Positions 51,363-62,063 of a stretch of DNA of 64,000 nt are shown here, piece by piece. Each line of letters begins with the position of its first letter. Within the stretch, counting starts at the first letter, position 1. Position numbers and translations under genes: made by a program. The notes under the pieces are model-generated. The model worked only from the letters and a program-made list of their open reading frames with translations, was not told the origin of the DNA and did no database searches. This DNA comes from Leucoraja erinacea (Eukaryota), in NCBI RefSeq assembly GCF_028641065.1, contig NC_073385.1, positions 46,748,001-46,812,000 of the forward strand, written 5' to 3'.

Positions 51363-52680
51363 TCTATACTCAGTACCCTGACTGATGAAGGCCAATGAAT
51401 TGAAAGCCTTCTTTACCATCCTCTTTCAAAGAACAAAGCATTTGTACTCCTTGATCGCTCAGCTCTGTAACACTTCCCAGGCCCCTATCATTTAATGTGA
51501 AGGTACTGCCATAGGCTAACTTTCCAAAATGCAATACTCCACACTGCATTGATCTCCATTAGCCTTTCTTCAGTCCACTTCCCCAGCTGACCAAGATCCT
51601 GCTGTAATTTTTGGTAACCACCTTCATAGGCCTCTTGTACAAAAAGCAACTTTGCACCGCCATGCCCTGCTTTCTTCCAGGAAGCCAATTCTGTTTCCAG
51701 GCAGTCAGCTCTCCCTAAATGCCATGCGATCTAACCTTCCAGAACAGTCATGCAGAACCCCCGTCTGAAGAAGGGTTTCGGCCCGAAACGTTGCCTATTT
51801 CCTTCGCTCCATTGATGCTGCTGCACCCGCTGAGTTTCTCCAGCTTTTTTGTGTAACCTTATCAATGGCCTTGTTGAAATCCATGAAAACAATGTCTACC
51901 GAATTACCCTCATCAACTTTCTTGGTTGCTTCTTCAAAAAACTCAATTTTGTTAGACATGATCTCCCATGTAGTAAATCATGCTGATTATCATTAATCAA
52001 CCTCTGTCCATCCAAATATAGATACATCTTATAATAATAATAATACATTTTATTTATGGGCGCCTTTCAAGAGTCTCAAGGACACCTTACAAAAAATTTA
52101 GCAGGTAGAGGAAAAACATGTAAGGGGAATGAAATAAATAGTAGAGACATGACTAGTACACCCTCAGAATCTTAACCCTCACAATCTCCTCCAGTAACTT
52201 ACGTACCACTGATGTTAGGCTCACTGGTCTACAGTTGCCAGGTGTTTCCTTGCAACCCTTCTTAAATAGAGGTACAACGTTAGCCACCCTCCAGTCATCC
52301 AGCACCTCATCTGTGTATAGCAATTATTTCTATATCTCCGTCGGGGCTCCTGCAATTCCCTCCCTAGCATCCCACTGCGACTATGGATACATATCTACCC
52401 TCATGTGCTTTTGAATATCCAACACCTCCTCGACTGTAATATGGACTGCCGTCAAGACACCTTCATTAACTGTTCCAAGCTTCCCAGCTGTCATGGCTTT
52501 CTCCACAGTAAAAGCAGAGGAGAAATTCTTATTGATGACCTTGCTCATCTCTTGCGGCTCTTCAAATAGATGACCACTCTAGTTTCTGAGTTTTCCTGTT
52601 CACTCGTTCTAGTTGCCCTCTCTCCCTTGATGTACATAAAATATTTTTGGGTTCTCCTTAATCTTATCTGCCAGAGTTGC
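51363..52680 (-). mobile_element. Degraded CR1-like LINE with nested Penelope (51763-51855) and L2-like tail (52031-52160)
   Basis: Reverse RT motifs; nested pieces visible. Confidence 0.7.
51763..51794 (+). ncRNA. Minimal type-I hammerhead ribozyme motif (Penelope pLTR-derived)
   Basis: GT-CTGAAGA-A-GGGTTTCGGCCC-GAAA-CGTT-GC: CUGANGA core, stem II, GAAA, palindromic AACGTT stem III. Confidence 0.75.
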
Positions 52681-53117
52681 CAGATTCCAGGGTGGTCTTA
52701 GTAAGAAGATGAGCACTGTTCCTTGAGAGTAAATTAGACTTCTTTGAAAAAATATGAGACCAAACACAAAAGAAGTCCGAATGGGAGTAGGTAGAACAAT
52801 AAAGTGCAGGCAACTGCAAGCTCAGGGTCAGGCTCGTAGACTAAATGCAGTGATGTTTTGCAAAGCAGTACCTCAATCTACGTTTGGTTTCTCCAATGCA
52901 ACGATGACCATTGCTTCTCTCTCCACAGATGCGGTTGACCTGCTGAGTGTTTAAAGCATTTTACGTTTTTATTTCAGATTTTTAGCATTTGTAGTTTTTT
53001 TTTTTTTTTCATCCATCTGTTAATATTCTTTGATCTTGAGGGAAGGCAGCCCATCACTATTTCAGCATAATTAGGCACAGGCCTGTCCATAATTAGGCAC
53101 AGTCCATATTACAGTCG

Positions 53118-53151
53118 CTTTGAGGGCACAACATTTGTTGTGCCCTCAAAG
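53118..53151. repeat. Perfect inverted repeat, 16-bp arms, 2-nt spacer
   Basis: ctttgagggcacaaca-tt-tgttgtgccctcaaag. Confidence 0.95.
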
Positions 53152-53336
53152 TACAAAAATCTGTCCAAATATCATTTCAGTCAATAAAAACCTGTGAAGT
53201 GCAAGTAGCAGATGCACCACAGTTTTTCATTTGGAAAATGCTATCTCCATGCTGTTTAGTATTACTTAATTATAATTGATTTCAAAATGGTCTTTAATTA
53301 GATGAGAAATTCAATATCATTTAAGGAGCAGTCTAA

Positions 53337-53495
<159 letters not shown>

Positions 53496-53763
53496 TGAAT
53501 CTTTTATCGTCATTATAACAGTAATGAGTTAATCCTGCAGAAATACAGATTTGTTAACATATTATCTCCTACAAACTGTTTATCTGTAATTGTACCTTCA
53601 TTACTTTACAATTATTACATTCTCATTGTTGAGTTTAACTTGTCTTACAAGTTCATATTGTTGTGGGTAATGTTTTGGTATTTTATTTGGTATACTTTAT
53701 TAATAAATCATTTACTCAGATTTTTTTTCTCCTCCCTTGAACCTTAAAACCATTGGTCCACAG

Positions 53764-53781
53764 TCATTGTTCGCGGACATG
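53764..53781 (+). CDS. RYR3: RYR3 18-nt microexon (L)IVRGH(G), ASII-equivalent
   Basis: ccacag|TCATTGTTCGCGGACATG|gtaaat; symmetric phase 1; aligns with mammalian RYR3 LIVRERG. Confidence 0.9.
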
Positions 53782-54490
53782 GTAAATACATGGTTTAGAT
53801 ACTTTTGAATGGCAAACTGACCAAATGTGGACCAGAAAAAATACTAATACGATTCATATTTTCCAAATGAGAATTATCAGTTTTTAATGGTCAATAGACC
53901 CTAATATACAGTTTTTTTCTGGTCCATTAATCTGCTTATTATGTGACATGCATTGAGTATAACTTGAAACTGCTTGTTCATTAGAATTCTTACAGAAGAA
54001 ATTATTGATATTTGCCAATAAGGAATGCCCTTTCAAATAAGATTAAATATAAAAATGTCCTTAACATGTTCAGATTTAATTTTAAATCCTTTTATATGCC
54101 ATGTGGATGCACTTTAGAGCTTTGTGTATGTGTTTAACAGCATCAATATTCAGTCTGTATTTGCATTAGCATTGCATTATTTATTGTCATTTATGCCATT
54201 CATACATAACAGATAATAAGTAAGTTCAGCACGTGTATGTGCAAGAAACCAAATTTAACATTTTTAAATGTCTGTTCACAAATTGTTCAAAGTTTGAAAT
54301 ATAAAGAATTTGAAAGTTAAAAACAATAACACAACTTAAAACAATGATATATGAAGTTTTTTTATAGTATCATAGATGTTATGAATATCTATCGTATGTT
54401 AAGCACTAATTACAAATGGTTCCATTCTGGTGTGCTAAACACAGAAGTATCTTTCACAGTAAGCGTCTCATCTTTTTTTTACCTCACCAG

Positions 54491-54571
54491 GTGACAAGGT
54501 GTTACAGAATGATGAATTTACTCGGGATTTGTTTCGTTTCTTGCAATTGCTGTGTGAGGGACATAACGGTG
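54491..54571 (+). CDS. RYR3: RYR3 exon, 81 nt [26 protein letters not shown]
   Basis: caccag|GT, G|gtaagt; LCEGHN motif with the Ca2+-coordinating Glu. Confidence 0.96.
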
Positions 54572-55389
54572 GTAAGTTTAGTTCAATTATCATCTGATGT
54601 GCATCACAATGAGCACAAATACCTGAGAGAAAAATGAATGCAAAGGGGATACTAATCAAGTTTTTATTTGGTAGGGGAAAAAAACCTTCATAGGAACAAG
54701 ATCATTTGTGCGGTTCACAAAACTGTTGCTGTCGAAAAGTAAAATTATGTGGCTCAGTTGATTCAGTAAAAGTAATAATATGTGTACATGTAAGGCTTAA
54801 GTAGCTTGAAATGTTCTATAATGATTCTTATTAATTCCGCATTAGTTAGTGTGATCTGGTTTCTCCTCTATGAAACACTGAATGCGGATATGTTATGCCT
54901 CCCTGGCTGTGTTAATTAGTGACTTGAAGGAATTTGCAAATAATAGCACATCTTGTGACAAGGTAATAAATAGAGGAAATCTAATTAAGCAAATTTGCAA
55001 CTGATTTTTAATGTTCATAATAAACATAAGGTTGGTTTCTCTGGTGATTTAGTCAAGTTAACTATCCAGATATCTGAGTCCCACAGTTCGGTTTAATCTC
55101 ACATTTCTGTTTAATCACAGGTTTACTCTGAAAGTGCATCCTTATGTTTGGATCATATTATTGCCTCACACGGTTGGCTGCTTGCTAATACTCCTGTTGA
55201 TGCATATGCATGAGTAACATGCACTTGGGCCAGATACCAATAGGCATCCTGTGAAATGTACCCATCAAGAAATCAATGCTAATAGCAGAGATGAAAAGGG
55301 AACACTTTTAAAATGGACAAATGATAGGAAATGATTATTGGGCATAGTAAATATATAGACATGTGTTTTTTTATTTTTAAAGCAGCAAT

Positions 55390-55710
55390 GAAAGGAATAG
55401 ATTGGGTAGATGCACAGTCTCTTGCCCAGAGTAGGTGAATCGAGGACCAGAGGACATAGCTTTAAGGTGAAGGGGAAAAGATTTAAGAGGAATCTGAGGA
55501 GTAACTTTTTCATACATAGGCTGGTGGGTGTATGGAATGAGCTGCCAAAGGAGGTAGTTGAGGCAGCGATTAAGAAACAGTTAGACAGATACATGGATAG
55601 GAGAACTTTGTGGGGATATAGGCCAAATGGGACTAGTGCATCTAGGACATATTGGCTGACATGGGCAAGTTGGGCCGAAGGGCCCGCATTCACGCTTTTT
55701 GACTCTATGA
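55390..55710 (+). mobile_element. CR1-like 3' fragment
   Basis: ORF 55410..55736 SRTRGHSFKV..WNELP. Confidence 0.85.
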
Positions 55711-55975
55711 AAGATATGGGTCATATTCATGAATAACTTCTGTGTGAAACAATTATCAAAAAGATGACCTTACCATTACAATCCATTTTTAAATGCTTTC
55801 GCAAAACATAAAGTGCTGGAGGTATTCAGCAGGTCAGGGATCTAGAGAGAGAACAGGCAGACGGTGTTTTGGGTCGGGACACTTCTTCAAACCAATTGTG
55901 GTGATGGGGAGAAGAAAACTGGAAAAGGGAGGAGGGGATGGGACAAAGCCTGGCAAGTAATAGGTAGATACAGGT

Positions 55976-58140
55976 CTTCTTCCTTCGTGTCCATCATCTA
56001 TGTTTCATGTTCGGCCAGTGGACAGCCTTTTTGTTTGCCACCACTATATCTTCCAGGCAGCATTGTTCACCAAGAAGTGGGCATCTTAGTAGGTGTGGCA
56101 GAGATTGTACAGATATTCCACATTCACATTCTGTGTCTGCCACATCTGCATAGCCCCATTTGTTCATATTGGTCTTGCATCGGCCCATCCTTTTGAGCCT
56201 ATTGAGGATCTTCCAGTCACCAGGTGGTAGCTGTTCCTTGGTGGGGATAGGCCGTGTGCTGACGTGGGGTAGAAGGATGAAAAGCCAAAGAAAAGAAGTG
56301 GAAGCCAAATAACCGAACGGAATACAAAGCCGTAATGCCAAATAACCGGATACATACGAAGCCGAAACGCCAACTAACCGAAAGGATGGGACGCCGAAAA
56401 GCAAACTCACCGAAAGGCCGCTCTGCCGAAAGGCCAACTCACCGAAGGGCTGCACCGCCTACAAGCCAACATGATGTCGCCGGGGGGGCGGAACTTGTCA
56501 GCGATTGGTCCAGACCCCCGCGTCCATCACAAGCCATATGTGACTGGGCACTCTGAACCCGAGCACCAAGTTGTAAGCGGCCAAAGCATGCTTCGGGACA
56601 ACCCCCACTCTCTCACGGCCACGGCCGCCCTCCGCCTCGTCTCCCCCATGCGGCCGCACTGTGACGAGCTGTGAGTCGGAAGCGCCGGGTGGAACAGAGG
56701 TGTGGGACAGGCTGGTCCCTCTTCCCACCCAGAGTCACTGACTGCGATGCACCGCCCTCGGACCCCAACCCCCACACAGACCCCAGTGGAACAGGCAGCA
56801 TCTCTGGAGAGAAGGAATGTGTGGCATTTCGGGTCGAGACTCTTCAGTCTTCAGGTCTGAAGAATGGTCTCAACCCGAAACACCACCCATTTCTTCTCTC
56901 CAGAGATGCTGCCTGTTCCGCTGAGATAAAATTGTTCGTTGTCATGCACACTTGTCATCGGGCTGGCAGGGAATTTGTGTGTCCCCCGCCACATGTTTTA
57001 AAAGCGATTTACTATGCCAATGCCCCGAGTCTGTTCCTGCGGCCAGGGGGGGGGGTGAATCACTCAGTGTGTGGGTGTCGAGGGGTGTAGGTCGGGGGGG
57101 TGAATCACCCTGGTGTTGGGGTTGGGGTCCGATGGCAGTGCATTGCGGTCAGTGACTCTGGGTGGGTGGCGGGACCAGCCTGTCCCACAACTCTGCTCCA
57201 CGTGTTGCTGCCGACACACAGCCCATCACAGTGTGGCCGCATGGGGAAGGCAAAGCGGAGGGCGGCCGTGGGGTAGTGGGGGCTGTCCCGAGGGATGCGC
57301 TCCTTCGGCCGCTTACAACTTGGCGCTCCGGTTCAGATTGCCCAGTCACCTTTGGCTTGTGTTGGAAAATGACCACCACCCTCCCTTCCACTGGCCAGTG
57401 TTGTGATGGACGCGGGGATCTGGACCAATAGCTGACAAGTCCCCCCCCCCGGCGACATCATGTCCGTTATTTGATTTTTCGGCAGAGCGGCCATTCAGTG
57501 AGTTGGCTTGTAGGCGACACAGCCTTTCGGTGAGTTGGCGTCTCGGCAGAGCGGCCTTTCGGAGAGTTTGCTTTTAGGCATCCCACCCTTTCGGTTAGTT
57601 GGCGTTTCGGCTTCGTACACTTCTGGTTACTTGGCGTTTTGGCTTTGTTTCCGTTCGGTTATTTGGCTTCCACTTCTTTGCTTCGGGTTCACTTCCTTCG
57701 GCGCCACGTCCGGGTACCGGGATAGGCATCTTTACGTGGTGGTGGTCTTCACTGCGTTTCTTTTTCCGCAAGGCTAATCTGGTTGCTTGAGGAGGCTGTG
57801 ACAGTGACTGGACTGTGTGGAGGAAGCTCTTCCTCGACTTCAGCCGTTTGGGGGCTGGATGATGGGAGTGACAGGAATGGCGAGTGTCCCTAACTTGCCT
57901 GCTACTGACAACTGATCTGCGGATTCCTGGTGGAGCAATACCGGCCAAGACATGCAAGCTATTCACATCCGTCGCTTTTAGGCAGCCAGTGATGCATCTG
58001 CAGCTGTCATTGAGGGTGGTATCAACTTTCTTCGCATGAGATGACTTCTCCCAAACAGGACAAGCATATTCTGCAGCAGAGTAGCACAGCGCAAGAGCAG
58101 TTGACGGCAGTGTGGATGCATTGGTACCCCACGACGATAC
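55976..58140 (-). mobile_element. Vingi/Ingi-like LINE fragment split by a fold-back element
   Basis: ALCYSAAEYACPVW, LAGIAPPGIRR, CECG; peptide rejoins at MPIP|TKEQ; exact 14-bp TSD aggtagatacaggt at 55962 and 58141. Confidence 0.8.
56253..57718. mobile_element. Non-autonomous fold-back DNA transposon (Mutator/MULE-like)
   Basis: Inverted arms of about 530-610 bp with 20-bp-period subrepeats (gccaactcaccgaaag); exact 9-bp TSD gggataggc at 56244 and 57719. Confidence 0.8.
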
Positions 58141-59410
58141 AGGTAGATACAGGTGCGGAGGGAGGGATGATGATTTGGCAGATGGGTGCAGTAACTGACA
58201 TAGGCTAAAGATAAGGTTCCAGTATCTCCAGTTCTTGTATCCTAAGAAGCTATAAATTGGCCAAGTGAATCTAACTGGATCATTATTTGCATATTGTACC
58301 CAGGAATAAATGAAATTACGCTCAGTGCCATACTTCTATGTTTAAAAAAGACATGAAATCCATTAGGTTAATCACAGTCAAGCTTCTATCTTGGATAAAA
58401 CAATGTCCCCCTGAAGCTCCGGATTCTAAAACTGCCAGTAATATTCACCGTCTTATCTATGACATGTAAATAATACAACGTTTATACCACAGGTTATGGC
58501 ACAAGCCCTGGAAAGAATGTGTAGAATACATGTTCATCAGATTGATGTTAAGGCTATTAACCTCAGGACTATCTCATTAAAAATAGATTTATATTGATAA
58601 GAGGAAGTTCATTGTACTGCTTTAGCTTGCCACCTCAAAGCAATATTTACTTCTGGTACAATTTGTTAATTCTTTCAATAACAGTGGACATGGATTGGGG
58701 TCTGTTCCATAATAAACATGCAGGGTTCCTTAATAGGGCATGGTAATTACATGAAGATAGCAGTGATGAATGGGTAGGAGATGGTATTATGGGCAGTTTA
58801 GGATTTGGGAAAATCATCTTAGTGATTGATGGAATACATTTTCCAACCAAATCTATAGGAAAACCAGGAGACTGGTCGGGTATCAGATCGGTGTGGAGGT
58901 GAGATCTACGGTCTAGGGCGCAGGGATAGGAAGGAAGCAGAGGTACATTATTAGGAAATGGGGCTGGAGTCCACAGTGTTTGGGGAAGGGTGCTGATGGA
59001 GTCACAAGCATCTGTTGGGGATGATTGCAAGAAGACTATGGAAGATAGGAGGGATTAATGTGCTTTGCAGGACATCAGATTCTATGGAGTCATGGAAGAA
59101 TCCAATGTATAATTGGGCTATGTAGGAGTGTTCTTGTTCTTCCTGGCCAATGAAGATTGCTGGGTAGGCACTGCCACGTTTCCGTGCAGCATAATTACCA
59201 CTTTCAGCAGTCTGAGTTGTGAGAAACACGAATGGTCACTGCTAAAACTGCAATAAAAAGAAAGCTTGGGGACGTAGTCTCACCGCTATAATTAATCGGC
59301 TAACTTCCAAAGAATGTGCTTGTCACTCCACTTTAGTTTAGAGATATAGCATGGAAACAGGCCCTTCGGCCCACCGGGTCCTCACCGACCAACGATCCCC
59401 ACACATTTAA

Positions 59411-59581
59411 GGTGGCGCGCGAAGATTTTGTGAATCCCAAAATCCTGGGGCTCCATGCACGATTGTGCGTCACTGCCTACGTCACCATGCACGCGTAATG
59501 CACGCCATGCGCGCATCACGATGCACGCGTCATGACACGTAAATAATGTCGAGCAAATGACGCCCAAGTGGGACAGGCCCT
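59411..59581. mobile_element. Partial PIF/Harbinger-like MITE
   Basis: Right TIR aagtgggacaggccc; TAA/TTAA on both sides; left TIR mostly deleted. Confidence 0.6.
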
Positions 59582-60202
59582 TAACAGTATTCTACACACA
59601 TTAGGGAAAATTTACACTTATGCCAAGCCAATTTAACTACAAACCTGTACTACTTTGGACTGGGATGAAGCCAAAGGTCTCGGAGAAAACCCATGCGGTC
59701 ATGGGGAGAACGTACAAACTCCGTACAAAACAGCACCTGTGGTTGAGATTGAACCCGGGTCACCAGCTCTGCAAGCGCTGTAATGCCCCTGTCCCACTTA
59801 GGAAACCTGAACGGAAACCTCTGGAGACTTTGCGCCCCACCCAAGGTTTCCGTGCGGTTCCCGGAGATTTTTGTCAGTCTCCCTAATGGTCGAAAGTGGC
59901 TTCCGCTTCTTCTATGTTCCGGCATTTATTTCAAAAAAATTAAAAACCAGCCGCGACTAAAAATAGGTTGCCGTTTTAAAAATCGGTAATTTTTTAGTCG
60001 AAGCCGGTTGCGATGCTAATTGAAGGTGGTTGCTGGAGGTTGCAGGTAGTGGAAGGTAAGACGTATTTTTCACCCAGTTTTATTTCACCAGGGAGGTCTT
60101 ACCTTCCACTACCTGCAACCTCTGGCAACCACCTTCAACTAGCATCGCAACCAGCTTCGACTAAAAAATTACCGATTTTTAAAACGGCAACCTATTTATA
60201 GT

Positions 60203-60768
60203 GTTCAAGAAGGAACTGCAGATGCTGGAAGATCGAAGGTACACAAAAATGCTGGAGAAACTCAGCAGGTGCAGCAGCACCTATGGAGTGAAGGAAATAG
60301 GCAACGTTTCGGACCAAAACCCTTCTTCAGACTGATGGGGGGTGGGGGGGAGAAGGAAGGAAAAAGGGAGGAGGAGGAGCCCGAGGGCGGGGGGGATGGG
60401 AGGAGACAGCTCGAGGGTTAAGGAAGGGGAGGAGACAGCAAGGGCTAGCAAAACTGGGAGAATTCAACGTTCATGCCATCCGGACGCAAGCAACCCAGGC
60501 GGAATATGAGGTGCTGTTCCTCCAATTTCCGGTGTTGCTCACTCTGGCAATGGAGGAGTCCCAGGACAGAGAGGTCGGATTGGGAATGGGAGGGGGAGTT
60601 GAAGTGCTGAGCCACCAGGAGTTCAGGTAGGTTATTGCGGACTGAGCGGAGGTGTTCGGCGAAACGATCGCCCAACCTCCGCTTAGTCTCTCCGATGTAA
60701 ATCAGCTGACATCTAGAGCAGCGGATGCAGTAGATGAAGTTGGAGGAGATACAGATGAACCTTTGTCG
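60203..60768 (-). mobile_element. Truncated Penelope (GIY-YIG end + pLTR) inside the MITE arm
   Basis: ORF 60445..60675 homologous to 14463..14789; TSD cctatttatagt at 60191 and 60769. Confidence 0.88.
60301..60332 (-). ncRNA. Minimal hammerhead ribozyme motif, antisense to RYR3
   Basis: Reverse complement GTCTGAAGAAGGGTTTTGGTCCGAAACGTTGC. Confidence 0.65.
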
Positions 60769-61439
60769 CCTATTTATAGTCTATTATATATATAATCTAT
60801 TTATAGTCGCGGCCGGTTTTTAATTTTTTATAATAATCGCCGGAACATAGAAGAAGCGGAAACCACTTTCGACCATTAGGGAGACTGACAAAAACCTCCG
60901 GGAACCGCATGGAAACCTTGGGTGGGGCGCAGAGTCTCCAGAGGTTTCCGTTCAGGTTTCCGAAGTGGGACAGGGGCATAAGGCAACAACGCTACTCCAG
61001 TGCCACCATACCTCTTCGGTTAACAAATGGGCTTAGCTTATAGTTTGGAGCTTCTAGTATTTTGCCTTTCCATTTATTATCAAACCTACAGTATTTGTTT
61101 ACATTAGCTGAAACTATCGTGATGAATTCTGAAGCTTGCAACTCAATACCCATTCAAGACAGGTTTTCATGACCCGAAACGTTCCTTCTCTCCAGAGATG
61201 CTGCCTGTCCCGCTGAGTTACTCTAGCATTTTGTGTGTACCTTTTTTTTTTACAACCTTTACAGCAACTCATATTTGTGAGTGGTGAAGCTATCGCTTTC
61301 ACAAGAGAAGAACACAGAGAATCTAAGGATTAAACCCTGAAGAGTCTATAAATCCCACTAGCAAATATCACTTTAAACTAATTAGACAAGCACCTTGAGT
61401 GTATACAAAGAACACTCCTTGAGTCTGAAGAAAGGTCCT

Positions 61440-62058
61440 GACATGAAAGTAAGCACACAGGTACAACAGGCAATGAAGAAAGCTAATGGCATGTCGGCCT
61501 TCATAAAGAGAGGAGTTGAGTATAAGAGCAAAGACGTCCTTCTGCAGTTGTACAGGGCCCTGGTGAGACTACACCTGGAGTATTGTGTGCAGTTTTGGTC
61601 TCCTAATTTGAGGAAGGACATTCTTGCTATTGAGGGAGTGCAACGTAGGTTCACAATGTTCATTCCTGGGATGGTGGGACTGACGTATGATGAAAGAATG
61701 GAGCGACTGGGCTTGTATTCACTGGAATTTAGAAGGATGAGGGGTGATCTTATAGAAACATATAAAAGTATTAAGATGTAAGAAACGTGTTTCCAATGTT
61801 GGGGGAGTCCAGAACCAGGGGCCACAGTTTAAGAATAAGGGGTAGACCATTTAGAACTGAGAAGAGGAAAAACATTTTCTCCCAGAGAGTTGTGAATTCA
61901 CGGGATGCATTCAAAAGAGAGTTAGATAGAGCTCTTAGGGCCAGCGGAATCAAGGGGAATGGGGAAAAGGCAGGAACGGAGTACTGATTGTGGATGATCA
62001 CATTGAATGGCGGTGCTGGCTCAAAAGGCCGAATGGCCTCCTCCTGCACCTATTATCT
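61440..62058 (+). mobile_element. CR1-like LINE 3' fragment
   Basis: ORF 61395..61781 LVRLHLEYCVQFWSP. Confidence 0.88.
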
Positions 62059-62063
62059 AGGAA

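Larger units (their letters stand above)
59784..60978. mobile_element. Palindromic PIF/Harbinger-like MITE
   Basis: TIR tgcccctgtcccactt, TAA TSD at 59781 and 60979; arms of about 280 bp; spacer 60063-60095. Confidence 0.85.
59333..61007 (-). mobile_element. tRNA-derived SINE split by two MITE insertions
   Basis: SINE segments 59333-59410, 59582-59783 and 60979-61007 rejoin to match 7607-7899. Confidence 0.8.

Noticed and set aside
56290-56470. Regular 20-bp-period repeats resembling a CRISPR or iteron array
   Set aside because: Vertebrate intron, no unique spacers, no cas genes; they are subterminal repeats of the fold-back element, mirrored at 57480-57670
58651-59247. Possible antisense exon: strong minus-strand acceptor (gctttctttttattgcag) and donor 597 nt apart, overlapping 127-aa and 75-aa ORFs
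   Set aside because: All three frames contain stops after the acceptor and the peptides resemble nothing I recognise; at most non-coding or an old repeat
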